Assembly (NCBI GenBank): GCA_020403425.1
Contig: JADBXR010000007.1
Location: forward strand, 26,287 to 90,286
Origin: Chitinophagaceae bacterium
GTDB lineage: Bacteria > Bacteroidota > Bacteroidia > Chitinophagales > Chitinophagaceae
Direction: 5' to 3'
DNA: 64,000 nt
Positions within the stretch are counted from its first letter, which is position 1. The number at the start of each line of letters is the position of its first letter. The notes beneath the pieces are model-generated. The model saw nothing but the letters and a program-made list of their open reading frames with translations. It made no database searches and was not told where the DNA came from. Made by a program: the position numbers and the translations under genes. Shown in pieces: positions 38,300-49,876 of this stretch.

Positions 38300-39580
38300 T
38301 TATCCTTTATTAAGACGGACACGCACAGCATTGGCATGTGCATCCAACCCTTCCGCTTCCGCCATCAGCACCACGGTTTCAGCAATATGCTGTAAGCCCT
38401 GCTGCGATAATTTCTGATAGGTCACTTTTTTTACGAAACTATCCACACTTACGCCACTATAGGCCTTGGCAAAACCATTGGTGGGCAATGTGTGATTGGT
38501 ACCGCTGGCATAATCGCCCACACTTTCAGGTGAATAGTTACCAATGAATACAGAACCCGCATTCACTACCTGCGCAGCCAGTTCATCCGCATCCTTGCAG
38601 GAGATGATCAGGTGTTCCGCCGCATATTCATTTACCAGCGCAAGCGCTTCCTCCTTGTTTTTCACCAGGATAGCCGTACTGTTATCCAGCGCTTTTGCGG
38701 CCAACTCTTTGCGCGACAATTGCGCCAGCTGCCGTTCCAGCTCCGCCTGCACCTGCTCAATCAATACAGCCGATGTGGTCACCAGCAATACCTGGCTGTC
38801 TACCCCGTGCTCGGCCTGGCTAAGCAGGTCGGCAGCAACGAATGCCGCATCGGCCGTATCATCTGCCAGCACACAGACCTCGCTCGGACCTGCCGGCATG
38901 TCTATAGCAATGCCTTCCTGCTGTACCAATTGTTTGGCACAGGTCACGTACTGGTTTCCCGGACCGAATATCTTATACACCTGCGGTACCGTATCCGTTC
39001 CGTAAGCCATGGCTGCGATGGCCTGTACGCCACCGATCTTGTACATAGACGTGATCCCTGTGATCGATGCCGCATATACAATAGCCGGATTCAGTTTACC
39101 ATCTTTACCCGGGGGTGAACACAATACTACTTTTTTACAACCTGCGATCCTTGCCGGAATGGCCAGCATTAGGATGGTGGAGAACAGGGGTGCCGTGCCA
39201 CCGGGTATGTACAGACCTACTTTCTCAATACCGATGCTCCTGCGCCAGCATTGTATACCGGGCATGGTCTCTATCACTTCGACCGCTGCCGTTTGTTTCT
39301 GGTGAAACAGTTCAATATTCTCAGCAGCCTGGCTGATGGCCCGCTTCAGTTCATCAGACAGCAGGGACGCGGCCTCACGGATCTCTTTCTCCGATACAAC
39401 CCAATCTGCCAGATCCACTCCATCAAACTGCCGGGTGAACTTTTTTACAGCCGTGTCGCCCTGCAGTTTTACCTCTGCCATCACTTCCTTTACTTTCTGC
39501 TGTAGCGAACTGTTATCAATGGCAGGCCGCGTAAGCAACTGCTGCCAGGCGGCCCGCTCAGGGTATTGTACAATTTTCAT
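38300..39580 (-). CDS. hisD: Histidinol dehydrogenase
   Basis: 'VGLYIPGG', 'GGVQAIAA', 'GPGNQYV', 'DMPAGPSE', 'QAEHG', 'AEHL', 'GDYASGTNHTLPT'. True start is ATG 39580. Confidence 0.96.
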   Translation of the reverse strand: MKIVQYPERAAWQQLLTRPAIDNSSLQQKVKEVMAEVKLQGDTAVKKFTRQFDGVDLADWVVSEKEIREAASLLSDELKRAISQAAENIELFHQKQTAAVEVIETMPGIQCWRRSIGIEKVGLYIPGGTAPLFSTILMLAIPARIAGCKKVVLCSPPGKDGKLNPAIVYAASITGITSMYKIGGVQAIAAMAYGTDTVPQVYKIFGPGNQYVTCAKQLVQQEGIAIDMPAGPSEVCVLADDTADAAFVAADLLSQAEHGVDSQVLLVTTSAVLIEQVQAELERQLAQLSRKELAAKALDNSTAILVKNKEEALALVNEYAAEHLIISCKDADELAAQVVNAGSVFIGNYSPESVGDYASGTNHTLPTNGFAKAYSGVSVDSFVKKVTYQKLSQQGLQHIAETVVLMAEAEGLDAHANAVRVRLNKG

Positions 39581-39607
39581 ATTCCTGTTTTCTAAAATTT
39601 CGAGAAG

Positions 39608-39720
39608 CGTGAGTAGTGAGTGGCGAGTGGTGAATAGAGATCCATCCATTGACCATTGACCATTGACCATTCACAACCCCATCCCCCTCTTCACTTACTA
39701 CTCACTACTTACTACTCACC
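39608..39720. repeat. Three heptamer arrays in the hisG-hisD spacer, two in one orientation and one inverted
   Basis: 39608-39635 cgtgagt agtgagt ggcgagt ggtgaat; 39647-39674 cattgac x3 + cattcac; 39693-39720 acttact actcact acttact actcacc. Confidence 0.9.
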
Positions 39721-39722
39721 TC

Positions 39723-40613
39723 CTACACAATCATCTTCTCAATCGGCACCACCAGTATTCCCTGGGCGCCGGCTGCTTTCAGCTGTTCAATGATATCCCA
39801 GAATTCATTTTCATTCAGTACGCTGTGCACGCTGCTCCAGCCCTCTTCGGCCAGGGGTAGCACAGTGGGACTTTTCATGCCGGGCAACAAAGCAATAATC
39901 TCTTTCAGCTTGGCATTGGGCGCGTTCAGCAGGATGTACTTGTTGTTCTTGGCCTTTTTCACCGATTGGATACGGAACAACAGTCTTGCGATCAGCTGCT
40001 CCTTTTCTTCACTCAGCCCTTTGTTCTTGATCAGAACCGCCTGCGACTGCAGGATGCTTTCCGTTTCTTTCAATCCGTTCATGAACAAGGTAGAACCGCT
40101 GCTTACCAGGTCGCAAATAGCATCTGCCAGTCCAATGCCTGGTGCGATCTCCACACTGCCACTGATCTCGTGGATCTCGGCATCAATACCTTTCTCTTTC
40201 AGGAAATCGCCCAGTATCACAGGGTAACTGGTAGCGATCTTCTTGCCGGAAAGGAACTGGACGCCGGTATAGTTCTCACCTTTTCTTACGGCCAGACTCA
40301 GGCGACATTTCCCAAAACCTAGTTTCTCGGCCACGGTCACTTTCTTTTTCTTTTCATACACCACGTTCTCACCTACAAAACCGATATCGGCCACACCGTC
40401 TTCCACGTATTGTGGAATATCATCATCACGCAGAAAATATACTTCGATCGGAAAATTGCTGGCTTCCGCTTTCAGTTTGTTAACACCATTGCTGATATCG
40501 ATACCACATTCTTTCAATAAACGGATCGAATCATCATGCAGCCGGCCGCTTTTCTGGATCGCCAACTTGAGTTTGTCGCCAACTGCTGCTGTTTTTTGAT
40601 TACTGTCTTTCAT
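39723..40613 (-). CDS. hisG: ATP phosphoribosyltransferase, long form
   Basis: 'LAIQKSGRL', 'LRDDDIPQYVEDGVADIGFVG', 'IATSYP', 'GSVEIAP', 'DLVSSGSTL'; C-terminal regulatory domain present. Confidence 0.96.
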   Translation of the reverse strand: MKDSNQKTAAVGDKLKLAIQKSGRLHDDSIRLLKECGIDISNGVNKLKAEASNFPIEVYFLRDDDIPQYVEDGVADIGFVGENVVYEKKKKVTVAEKLGFGKCRLSLAVRKGENYTGVQFLSGKKIATSYPVILGDFLKEKGIDAEIHEISGSVEIAPGIGLADAICDLVSSGSTLFMNGLKETESILQSQAVLIKNKGLSEEKEQLIARLLFRIQSVKKAKNNKYILLNAPNAKLKEIIALLPGMKSPTVLPLAEEGWSSVHSVLNENEFWDIIEQLKAAGAQGILVVPIEKMIV

Positions 40614-40677
40614 ACCATTGATCGCTTCGCGATGTTTTTTTCTCTGAAGTATGATAGCCCCCCTTCAGAGGATGGGG

Positions 40678-40713
40678 GCAAAAGCAAAGGGCCTACCGTT
40701 CGGTAAGCCCTTT
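40678..40713 (-). terminator. his attenuator terminator
   Basis: mRNA AAAGGGCUUACC-GAAC-GGUAGGCCCUUU followed by GCUUUU. Confidence 0.8.
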
Positions 40714-40749
40714 AATGTTTTATCGGAAACCATACAAAACACCAACAGC

Positions 40750-40800
40750 CTACCCCTGGGGTAAGAAATGATGGTGATGAGTATGTGCGAATGTTTTCAT
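40750..40800 (-). CDS. hisL: his operon leader peptide MKTFAHTHHHHFLPQG
   Basis: ATG 40800, five His codons within six positions, TAG at 40750-40752; upstream of the terminator and hisG. Confidence 0.92.
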   Translation of the reverse strand: MKTFAHTHHHHFLPQG

Positions 40801-40809
40801 ATCAGGACA

Positions 40810-40817
40810 CAAAAGTA
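40810..40817 (-). promoter_or_regulatory. -7 box TACTTTTG of the his operon
   Basis: Exact TAnnTTTG, 9 nt before the hisL ATG. Confidence 0.75.
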
Positions 40818-40920
40818 CAGCCTATGCCATTTACCCGCAAATTTTTTTCACAGTAAGTTTACCAGGGAACCAGCAAAGCCCGTTTTGTCAGTATCTTAGG
40901 TACCCTAAAGCTCATCCCTG

Positions 40921-41706
40921 ATGAAAAAACTTACAGTTGTTATTATTGTCTCAAGCGCTTTATTTTTAGCCGGTAAGCTTACGGCCCAGGTAAAAAGAAA
41001 ACTGGTATGGAGCGATGAGTTCAATTACCAGGGACTGCCCGACTCTGCCAAATGGGGTTATGATGTGGGGGGCCATGGCTGGGGGAACCATGAGTTACAA
41101 TACTACACTTCAAAAAAAACAGAGAATGCAAGGGTAGAAAATGGGCACCTGATCATAGAAGCCAGAAAGGAAACCAACGGGCAGCATGCCTATTCTTCGG
41201 CAAGATTGGTGACCAAGGGCAAGGGCGACTGGACCTATGGTCATATAGATGTGCGCGCCCGCCTGCCCAAAGGAACAGGTACCTGGCCGGCTATCTGGAT
41301 GCTGTCCTCGGCAAATCCATTGAAATGGCCGGATGACGGGGAGATCGACATCATGGAACATGTAGGTTATAACCAGGGTGTGATACACGCTTCGGCCCAT
41401 ACCCGTAAATATTTTCACAGCATCGGCACGCAAAAAACAGCCACTACCCTGATACCGGATTGCAGCGAGTCATTTCATGTGTATTCACTCGATTGGGATG
41501 CAGAAAACATCACCATGCTCATAGACGGCAAAGCTTATTTCAGCTTCAAGAACGAACACAGTGGCAAAGAAGCCTGGCCATTCAACAAACCTTTTCACCT
41601 GTTATTGAATATTGCGGTGGGCGGCGACTGGGGTGGACAGAAAGGTGTGGATGAAAAAGCATTCCCGGCAAAAATGGAAGTGGATTATGTTCGCGTTTAT
41701 CAATAA
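40921..41706 (+). CDS. GH16 beta-glucanase (laminarinase-like), exported
   Basis: 'LVWSDEF', 'GWGNHELQYY', 'WPAIWML', catalytic 'GEIDIMEHVG', 'FHLLLNIAVGG', 'VDYVRVYQ'. Confidence 0.92.
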   Translation: MKKLTVVIIVSSALFLAGKLTAQVKRKLVWSDEFNYQGLPDSAKWGYDVGGHGWGNHELQYYTSKKTENARVENGHLIIEARKETNGQHAYSSARLVTKGKGDWTYGHIDVRARLPKGTGTWPAIWMLSSANPLKWPDDGEIDIMEHVGYNQGVIHASAHTRKYFHSIGTQKTATTLIPDCSESFHVYSLDWDAENITMLIDGKAYFSFKNEHSGKEAWPFNKPFHLLLNIAVGGDWGGQKGVDEKAFPAKMEVDYVRVYQ

Positions 41707-41731
41707 CCCCAACTATACAAACTAAACTATC

Positions 41732-44152
<2,421 letters not shown>

Positions 44153-44163
44153 GATTCCTATCC

Positions 44164-44206
44164 CAATGAAAAAGGTTCACAGATGATCTGTGAACCTTTT
44201 TCATTG
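44164..44206. terminator. Bidirectional terminator, 20-bp perfect inverted repeat
   Basis: caatgaaaaaggttcacaga-tga-tctgtgaacctttttcattg between convergent genes; overlaps the TGA of the minus-strand gene. Confidence 0.85.
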
Positions 44207-45433
44207 CTTCAGCAACTTCTCAACCGTTGCTTCAAATTCTTTTTTTAGCTGTTCATGGTACATACCGGCACCCGGACCGGCAAAACCGGCTTTGATCTTT
44301 GCTACTTTACCATCCCTGCCAATAAATATGGTGGTAGGAAATGCTTTGATAGGTGTGATCTGCGGAAGTGTTTTCTCCGTGCGCAGGCTATCGGATACAG
44401 CAACACCCGTATTCAGTAACGGATACCCCACCTGGAACCTATCCTTGAATTTCCGGATACTGTTGCTGGCCCTTTCAAAATCCGTACTATACTCGTAGGC
44501 CAGGCCAATGATCTCAACCCCGCGTTGTTTATTTTTCCGGTAATAGTGACTCAGAAAAGCTGTTTCATCCATACAGTTAGGACACCAGGATCCCATGATC
44601 TGTACTACGACCACTTTATTTTTAAACCTGGCATCATTGATCGACACCCAGTTCTTATCAAGGTCACGAAAACGGAAATTCAGTCTTTCCTGGTCTTCTT
44701 TCAGGTAAACGGCAGCGGCATCAGGCAAGCTGGCATCCTTGTTCCGAACAGCAACCCAGGGCTCTACGCCTGTAGCGCCAGAGTAGAACATACCTCCGGT
44801 TATCTCATTTTCATTTTTGATACCAGCCGTGAATAAGAAAGCATGTGACCCATCAAAGGTCGACAGCTGCAGGCTATCGCCATTGACCACACCGGTGAGG
44901 TAACGATAGTCCCCCGAAGGCGCGAGAAAAGTTCCGGTAAGCTGGTTTCCCTTCTGCTGCCACTCACCTATAGCGGGCCTAGTGGTACCATTGGGGCGGG
45001 TTAACGTTACCTGCCACTTACCCGTGACATCGGTCCTGGGTGCTGCCAGTGCCGGCTGTGCAACCACCGCCTGCTGTTCAGCTATGAATGGCATTACGAT
45101 CCATTGGGTAGAGCCCGCATTGGTCCAGGAGCCTTCCCATTTTTGAGCAGACACCCTTCTGGCACGGAAATACGATTCAAAAACAGGCATTTCAATAAAC
45201 ACGGAATCAGCCGTGTACCGGATCTTGTCTACCCGTAACTTTTCAGCCGCATTGATGATGTACATCACCGGCTTATGGTTCTCGGTCCGAAGATCGAAAT
45301 GAAAACGTATCTGTTTCCCGTCTTCCCGCAACAGATACCCGAACCAGGCCGAATTTTCCGGAACCTTCTGTGCATGTGCCACTGTCAGCATCGTCATACA
45401 CATCAATACCCATTTCACACGTTGATATACCAT
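44201..45433 (-). CDS. TlpA-family disulfide reductase with N-terminal beta-rich domains
   Basis: Signal peptide from ATG 45433; 'GDYRYL', 'FDGSHAFLF', 'QIMGSWCPNCMDE', 'FPTTIFIGRDG'. Confidence 0.85.
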   Translation of the reverse strand: MVYQRVKWVLMCMTMLTVAHAQKVPENSAWFGYLLREDGKQIRFHFDLRTENHKPVMYIINAAEKLRVDKIRYTADSVFIEMPVFESYFRARRVSAQKWEGSWTNAGSTQWIVMPFIAEQQAVVAQPALAAPRTDVTGKWQVTLTRPNGTTRPAIGEWQQKGNQLTGTFLAPSGDYRYLTGVVNGDSLQLSTFDGSHAFLFTAGIKNENEITGGMFYSGATGVEPWVAVRNKDASLPDAAAVYLKEDQERLNFRFRDLDKNWVSINDARFKNKVVVVQIMGSWCPNCMDETAFLSHYYRKNKQRGVEIIGLAYEYSTDFERASNSIRKFKDRFQVGYPLLNTGVAVSDSLRTEKTLPQITPIKAFPTTIFIGRDGKVAKIKAGFAGPGAGMYHEQLKKEFEATVEKLLKQ

Positions 45434-45520
45434 AACTTTTTTTGTGGATACGAAAATAGAACTCACCCGATAACCCAATATGTTAATTTACCGGATTCGT
45501 AAAACCTACCAGTGACTCAT

Positions 45521-46003
45521 TTATGGTTTTGCAGGCCTTACCTGTAATTCCTCCCAGGGTGTAGAACCATCTTTTTCCCGCATGAATACCTGTTCTTTGG
45601 ATTCGCCGATAACGATCTCGGCTGTGGTATAGACGATATTCCCATCCAGTAAATGGCCGCCGATGGTCTTGCCGGTACTGTCAGAAACGGCCATATGCAG
45701 ATGTGAGCCATTCACCGAAACGGTTCCGGTGAGACTCACGATCTCAAAATGCCCTTTATCGCCATACGCCCTGTCCTGGTTGGCAAAACGGAGCTGGTAT
45801 TCGGTAAGGCTACCCACACAGGCAGCGACCCATCCCGCCTGAATTTTGTGGTCACTTACATACTGCTCAATGGATTTTCTCAGATCCTGTCCCGGCAATA
45901 AACGGAAAGCATGGTGTTTTGAATTCGGTTGCATAGTTGTTGAAGGGTTACAAGCGATAATCAAAAAAAGAAAGACCGACAGTAATAAAGCTAGATAACG
46001 CAT
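45521..46003 (-). CDS. PPC/DUF296-domain protein with lipoprotein-like N terminus
   Basis: 'FRLLPGQDL', 'CVGSL', 'EIVSLTGT', 'HLHMAVSD', 'GGHL', 'TTAEIV'. Alternative start ATG 45934. Confidence 0.85.
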   Translation of the reverse strand: MRYLALLLSVFLFLIIACNPSTTMQPNSKHHAFRLLPGQDLRKSIEQYVSDHKIQAGWVAACVGSLTEYQLRFANQDRAYGDKGHFEIVSLTGTVSVNGSHLHMAVSDSTGKTIGGHLLDGNIVYTTAEIVIGESKEQVFMREKDGSTPWEELQVRPAKP

Positions 46004-46068
46004 ACTACGAATATAGACAAACCACCGAAACCCGCTTTTACAGCAAGGACCGATATCGTTTTAAGGAA

Positions 46069-46076
46069 TATATTTG
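46069..46076 (+). promoter_or_regulatory. -7 box TATATTTG upstream of nhaD
   Basis: Exact TAnnTTTG. Confidence 0.65.
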
Positions 46077-46106
46077 TATGCATCAGGTCATCTTAATTCA
46101 TTTGTC

Positions 46107-47387
46107 ATGGTCACATTTTTACTGATAGCGGTCTTTGTGATAGGGTATCTTGCTATCGCCTTTGAACATCCCCTGCAGCTCAACAAAGCCGCACCTGCAC
46201 TGATCACAGGCGTACTTTGCTGGACCATTTACCTCCTGCAGGGAACAGACCCGCATACAGCTGTAGAAGAACTGATGCACCACCTAGGGGAGATCGCTTC
46301 GATCCTGTTTTTCCTGTTGGGTGCCATGACCATTGTGGAGCTGATCGATTCACACAATGGTTTTGAGATCATCACCGAAAAGATAACCGCTACCCGTAAA
46401 TCAAGCCTGTTACTGCTGATCGCTGCCATCACCTTTTTCCTTTCTGCACTGCTGGATAACCTGACCACGGCCATTGTCATGACATCGCTCTGTGCCAAGA
46501 TCCTTTCAGACAAAGAGGACAAATTGTGGTTTGCGGGCATGATCGTGATCGCCGCCAACGCAGGCGGTGCCTGGTCGCCACTGGGCGATGTGACCACCAC
46601 GATGTTATGGATCGGCGGACAGATTACGGCACTCAACATCATCAAACAACTGTTCCTGCCCAGTCTGGTGGTCGGCATTGTACCTGCCTTACTGATCGCC
46701 AGACGTTTTGCCGGACAAACACTGATATTACGCACACAGTCCACCACCACAGCCACTGAGAAAAAAGAAGGAAGCATTATCCTGTTCTCTGGACTTGGTT
46801 TTCTTGTATTTGTTCCCGCATTTAAAACCATCACCCATTTACCGCCGTTCATGGGTATGCTGCTGGCGCTTGGTTGCATGTGGATCATCACCACCCTGCT
46901 GCACAAAAGGAAAGAAGCGGAACTGGCAGAAAAATTCACCGTTGCCAAAGCCCTGCAACGGATCGATTCATCCAGTATCCTGTTCTTTCTGGGCATCTTA
47001 CTGGCGGTAGCTGCCTTACAATCGGTTGGCATACTAACACAGTTGGCCGTTTTTTTAAGCACACATCTGCAGAACGATTACCTGATAGGTGCCACATTAG
47101 GTGTGTTATCTGCGCTTGTGGACAATGTTCCGCTGGTGGCAGCTTCACAGGGCATGTACGACCTGGCCACTTACCCGACCGATCACGCCTTCTGGGAATT
47201 TCTGGCGCTTACCACAGGAACAGGGGGCAGCATGATCATCATCGGTTCAGCAGCCGGTGTGGCTGTCATGGGTATTGAAAAGATCGACTTTGTCTGGTAC
47301 CTCAAAAAGATCGGTTGGCTGGCTTTACTGGGCTTCCTGGGTGGCATACTCACCTTCATACTACAGCACGCACTGCACCTGTATTAA
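46107..47387 (+). CDS. nhaD: NhaD-family Na+/H+ antiporter
   Basis: 'LGAMTIVE', 'LDNLTT', 'AANAGGAWSPLGDVTT', 'SALVDNVP', 'GTGGSMIIIGSAAGV'. Confidence 0.88.
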   Translation: MVTFLLIAVFVIGYLAIAFEHPLQLNKAAPALITGVLCWTIYLLQGTDPHTAVEELMHHLGEIASILFFLLGAMTIVELIDSHNGFEIITEKITATRKSSLLLLIAAITFFLSALLDNLTTAIVMTSLCAKILSDKEDKLWFAGMIVIAANAGGAWSPLGDVTTTMLWIGGQITALNIIKQLFLPSLVVGIVPALLIARRFAGQTLILRTQSTTTATEKKEGSIILFSGLGFLVFVPAFKTITHLPPFMGMLLALGCMWIITTLLHKRKEAELAEKFTVAKALQRIDSSSILFFLGILLAVAALQSVGILTQLAVFLSTHLQNDYLIGATLGVLSALVDNVPLVAASQGMYDLATYPTDHAFWEFLALTTGTGGSMIIIGSAAGVAVMGIEKIDFVWYLKKIGWLALLGFLGGILTFILQHALHLY

Positions 47388-47462
47388 AACAATGGTTCCG
47401 GCAAAGGTGGCTTTCATATCTCGTGTGCAATCTTTATCTTACAGGTCCTAAAATGATCCTGT

Positions 47463-48581
47463 ATGCGATACCTGCTTGCCCTATTCCTATGTTTATCATT
47501 CCCATCTCTGTATGCCCAGCACTATTACCTCTTTGTAGGGACCTACACTACCGGTAAAAGCAAAGGCATCTATGTATACGAATTCAATGCCCAAAACGGG
47601 GAGATGACCTGGGTGAGTAATACCGACAGCAGCAGTAATCCTTCTTTTCTGGCCATAGCACCGAATGGCCGGTATGTATATGCGGTTAATGAAACAGGGC
47701 GTACTATTCCGGGCCGGGTAAGTGCCTATGCCTTTAACAAGAACAACGGGCAGTTGCAGTTGCTGAACCAGCAAGCCAGCGGTGGAGACGACCCATGTTT
47801 TATCACGGTTCATCCTTCGGGCAAATGGGTGGTTGTAGCAAACTACAGTGGCGGCAACCTATCAGCACTGCCTGTCAATCCCGATGGAACACTGGCGCCT
47901 TACACACAACTCATCCAACACAAAGGTTCCGGAGGCAATAAAGAACGGCAAAGCAGTGCACATGTGCATTCCACATTTTTCTCACCGGATCATCAATATA
48001 TTCTGGCACCGGACCTGGGCATGGACAAAGTGATGAGTTACCGATTTACCGCAACTGCGCAAAAACCTTTACAACCTGCAGCCGTTCCTTTCAGTCTTTC
48101 GGAACCAGGCAGTGGACCAAGACATCTGGCATTTCATCCTAATAAAAATTTTGTATATCGAATAGAAGAGCTCACCGGTACGGTCACCGTATCAACCTAC
48201 AGTAACGGCGTTATGAAGAATATACAGACCATTGCTACCCATCCGGATGGTTTTACCGGGCAGCCCGGCAGTGCGGACATCCATGTATCGCCCGATGGAA
48301 AATTCCTATACGCATCCAATCGGGGTGAAGAGAACAATATCGCCATCTTCTCCATTCATCCTGTGAGCGGGAAACTGACCGCCGTGGGTTACCAACCGGT
48401 AGAAGGTGTACAGCCGCGTAATTTCATCATTGATCCCAGTGGTAAATACTTACTGGTGGCCAACCAGAAAACGAATAATATCGTGATCTTTCAAAGGAAC
48501 CAGGAAACCGGTTTATTGAAGCCCACCCTGCAGAAAGTGGAAGTGCCCAGCCCGGTGTGCCTGCAACTGTTGGCAAAATAA
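47463..48581 (+). CDS. Lactonase family beta-propeller (6-phosphogluconolactonase-like), exported
   Basis: Signal peptide; 'FVGTYT', 'NPSFL', 'VANYSGG', 'AHVHS', 'DLGMD', 'GSGPRHL', 'LYASNRG', 'PRNF', 'VANQ'. Confidence 0.88.
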   Translation: MRYLLALFLCLSFPSLYAQHYYLFVGTYTTGKSKGIYVYEFNAQNGEMTWVSNTDSSSNPSFLAIAPNGRYVYAVNETGRTIPGRVSAYAFNKNNGQLQLLNQQASGGDDPCFITVHPSGKWVVVANYSGGNLSALPVNPDGTLAPYTQLIQHKGSGGNKERQSSAHVHSTFFSPDHQYILAPDLGMDKVMSYRFTATAQKPLQPAAVPFSLSEPGSGPRHLAFHPNKNFVYRIEELTGTVTVSTYSNGVMKNIQTIATHPDGFTGQPGSADIHVSPDGKFLYASNRGEENNIAIFSIHPVSGKLTAVGYQPVEGVQPRNFIIDPSGKYLLVANQKTNNIVIFQRNQETGLLKPTLQKVEVPSPVCLQLLAK

Positions 48582-48613
48582 AAAACATTGTTCCTCTAAT
48601 ATAAAACAGCATT

Positions 48614-49867
48614 ATGCAGAACTGGAAGATCAAAACCTCCCTTTTTCTCAACTATTTTGTTTTTGCCATCCTCCTGAACAGTGTAGGAACCGTCATATTA
48701 CAGGTGCAGAACAATTATGGCGTGACCCAGGGATCGGCCTCTGTACTGGAAGCTTTCAAAGACCTGAGCATTGCCATTGTTTCGTTCCTGGTCTCCTCCT
48801 ACATCACGCGGATCGGTTACAAGAACGCCATGCTGATTGCCTTAGGATTTGTGACGGCCATTTGTTTCATCATGCCGTTTACCGGAAGTTTCTTCACTAC
48901 CAAGCTGTTGTTCGCCGCTGTAGGCTCTGGTTTCGCCTTGATCAAGATGTCTGTCTACAGCACTATCGGATTGGTCACCCACAACGAGAAAGAACACATC
49001 AGCCTGATGAATTTTATTGAATCGTTTTTCATGATCGGTATCCTTACCGGTTATTTCATCTTTGGATATTTCGTGGACGATCAAAACCCGCAATCCACCC
49101 AATGGCTGAAAGTGTATTATGTACTGGGCACCATCTCACTCGCTGCTTTTCTGTTGTTGTTAAGTGCTCCACTGGATGAATCTACGGTAAGGACACAGGA
49201 GAACGGCTCCCTGGTAAACGACTTTGGAAAGATGTTCCGGCTGATGGTATCTCCTATTGTGCTTGTTTTCATTTTCTGTGCTTTCTTTTATGTTCTGATA
49301 GAGCAGAGCATCATGAGCTGGCTTCCTACTTTCAACAACAAAGTGCTGCTGCTACCCGCTGCACTAAGTATACAAATGGCCAGCATACTGGCAGGATCTA
49401 CCGCCGTGGGCAGGTTCCTGGCAGGACTGTTGCTGAAAAAAATGAACTGGTTCCTGGTATTGGCTGGCTGTTTGATACTGGCCGCCGCATTGGTATTGCT
49501 TGCGATACCCATGGCAGAGAACCTGTCCGGCGAACCCATTACCGGATGGAGCAGTGCGCCATTGGCCGCATTCATCTTCCCCCTTATCGGATTGCTGATC
49601 GCACCCATCTATCCTGCTGTGAATTCAGTCATACTGAGTACACTACCCGTACAGAAACATGGTTTGATGAGCGGTCTCATCATCATCTTCTCGGCACTGG
49701 GTGGCACAACCGGGTCCATCATCACAGGACATATTTTTGAAAAGTATGGTGGACAAACCGCTTTTTATTTTTCTCTTGTTCCGATGGCCATACTCATTAC
49801 CTGTCTCTTTATTTTCAAACGACTTCAGAACCGGTTCAAACTGGCCAATCCGGAACAGGTACATTAA
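48614..49867 (+). CDS. MFS sugar transporter (FucP/GluP-like)
   Basis: 12 TM segments, 'LEAFKDL', 'YVLIEQSIMSWLPTF', 'GRFLAG'; directly upstream of the trehalase. Confidence 0.82.
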   Translation: MQNWKIKTSLFLNYFVFAILLNSVGTVILQVQNNYGVTQGSASVLEAFKDLSIAIVSFLVSSYITRIGYKNAMLIALGFVTAICFIMPFTGSFFTTKLLFAAVGSGFALIKMSVYSTIGLVTHNEKEHISLMNFIESFFMIGILTGYFIFGYFVDDQNPQSTQWLKVYYVLGTISLAAFLLLLSAPLDESTVRTQENGSLVNDFGKMFRLMVSPIVLVFIFCAFFYVLIEQSIMSWLPTFNNKVLLLPAALSIQMASILAGSTAVGRFLAGLLLKKMNWFLVLAGCLILAAALVLLAIPMAENLSGEPITGWSSAPLAAFIFPLIGLLIAPIYPAVNSVILSTLPVQKHGLMSGLIIIFSALGGTTGSIITGHIFEKYGGQTAFYFSLVPMAILITCLFIFKRLQNRFKLANPEQVH

Positions 49868-49876
49868 CGACAACAC

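Noticed and set aside
39581-39670. 30-aa N-terminal extension of HisD in the ORF track
   Set aside because: It is a translation of the heptamer arrays (VNGQWSM, TTRHSLLT); homology begins at ATG 39580.
39608-39720. Possible CRISPR-like array
   Set aside because: Units are 7 nt, contiguous, with no unique spacers and no cas genes in the window.
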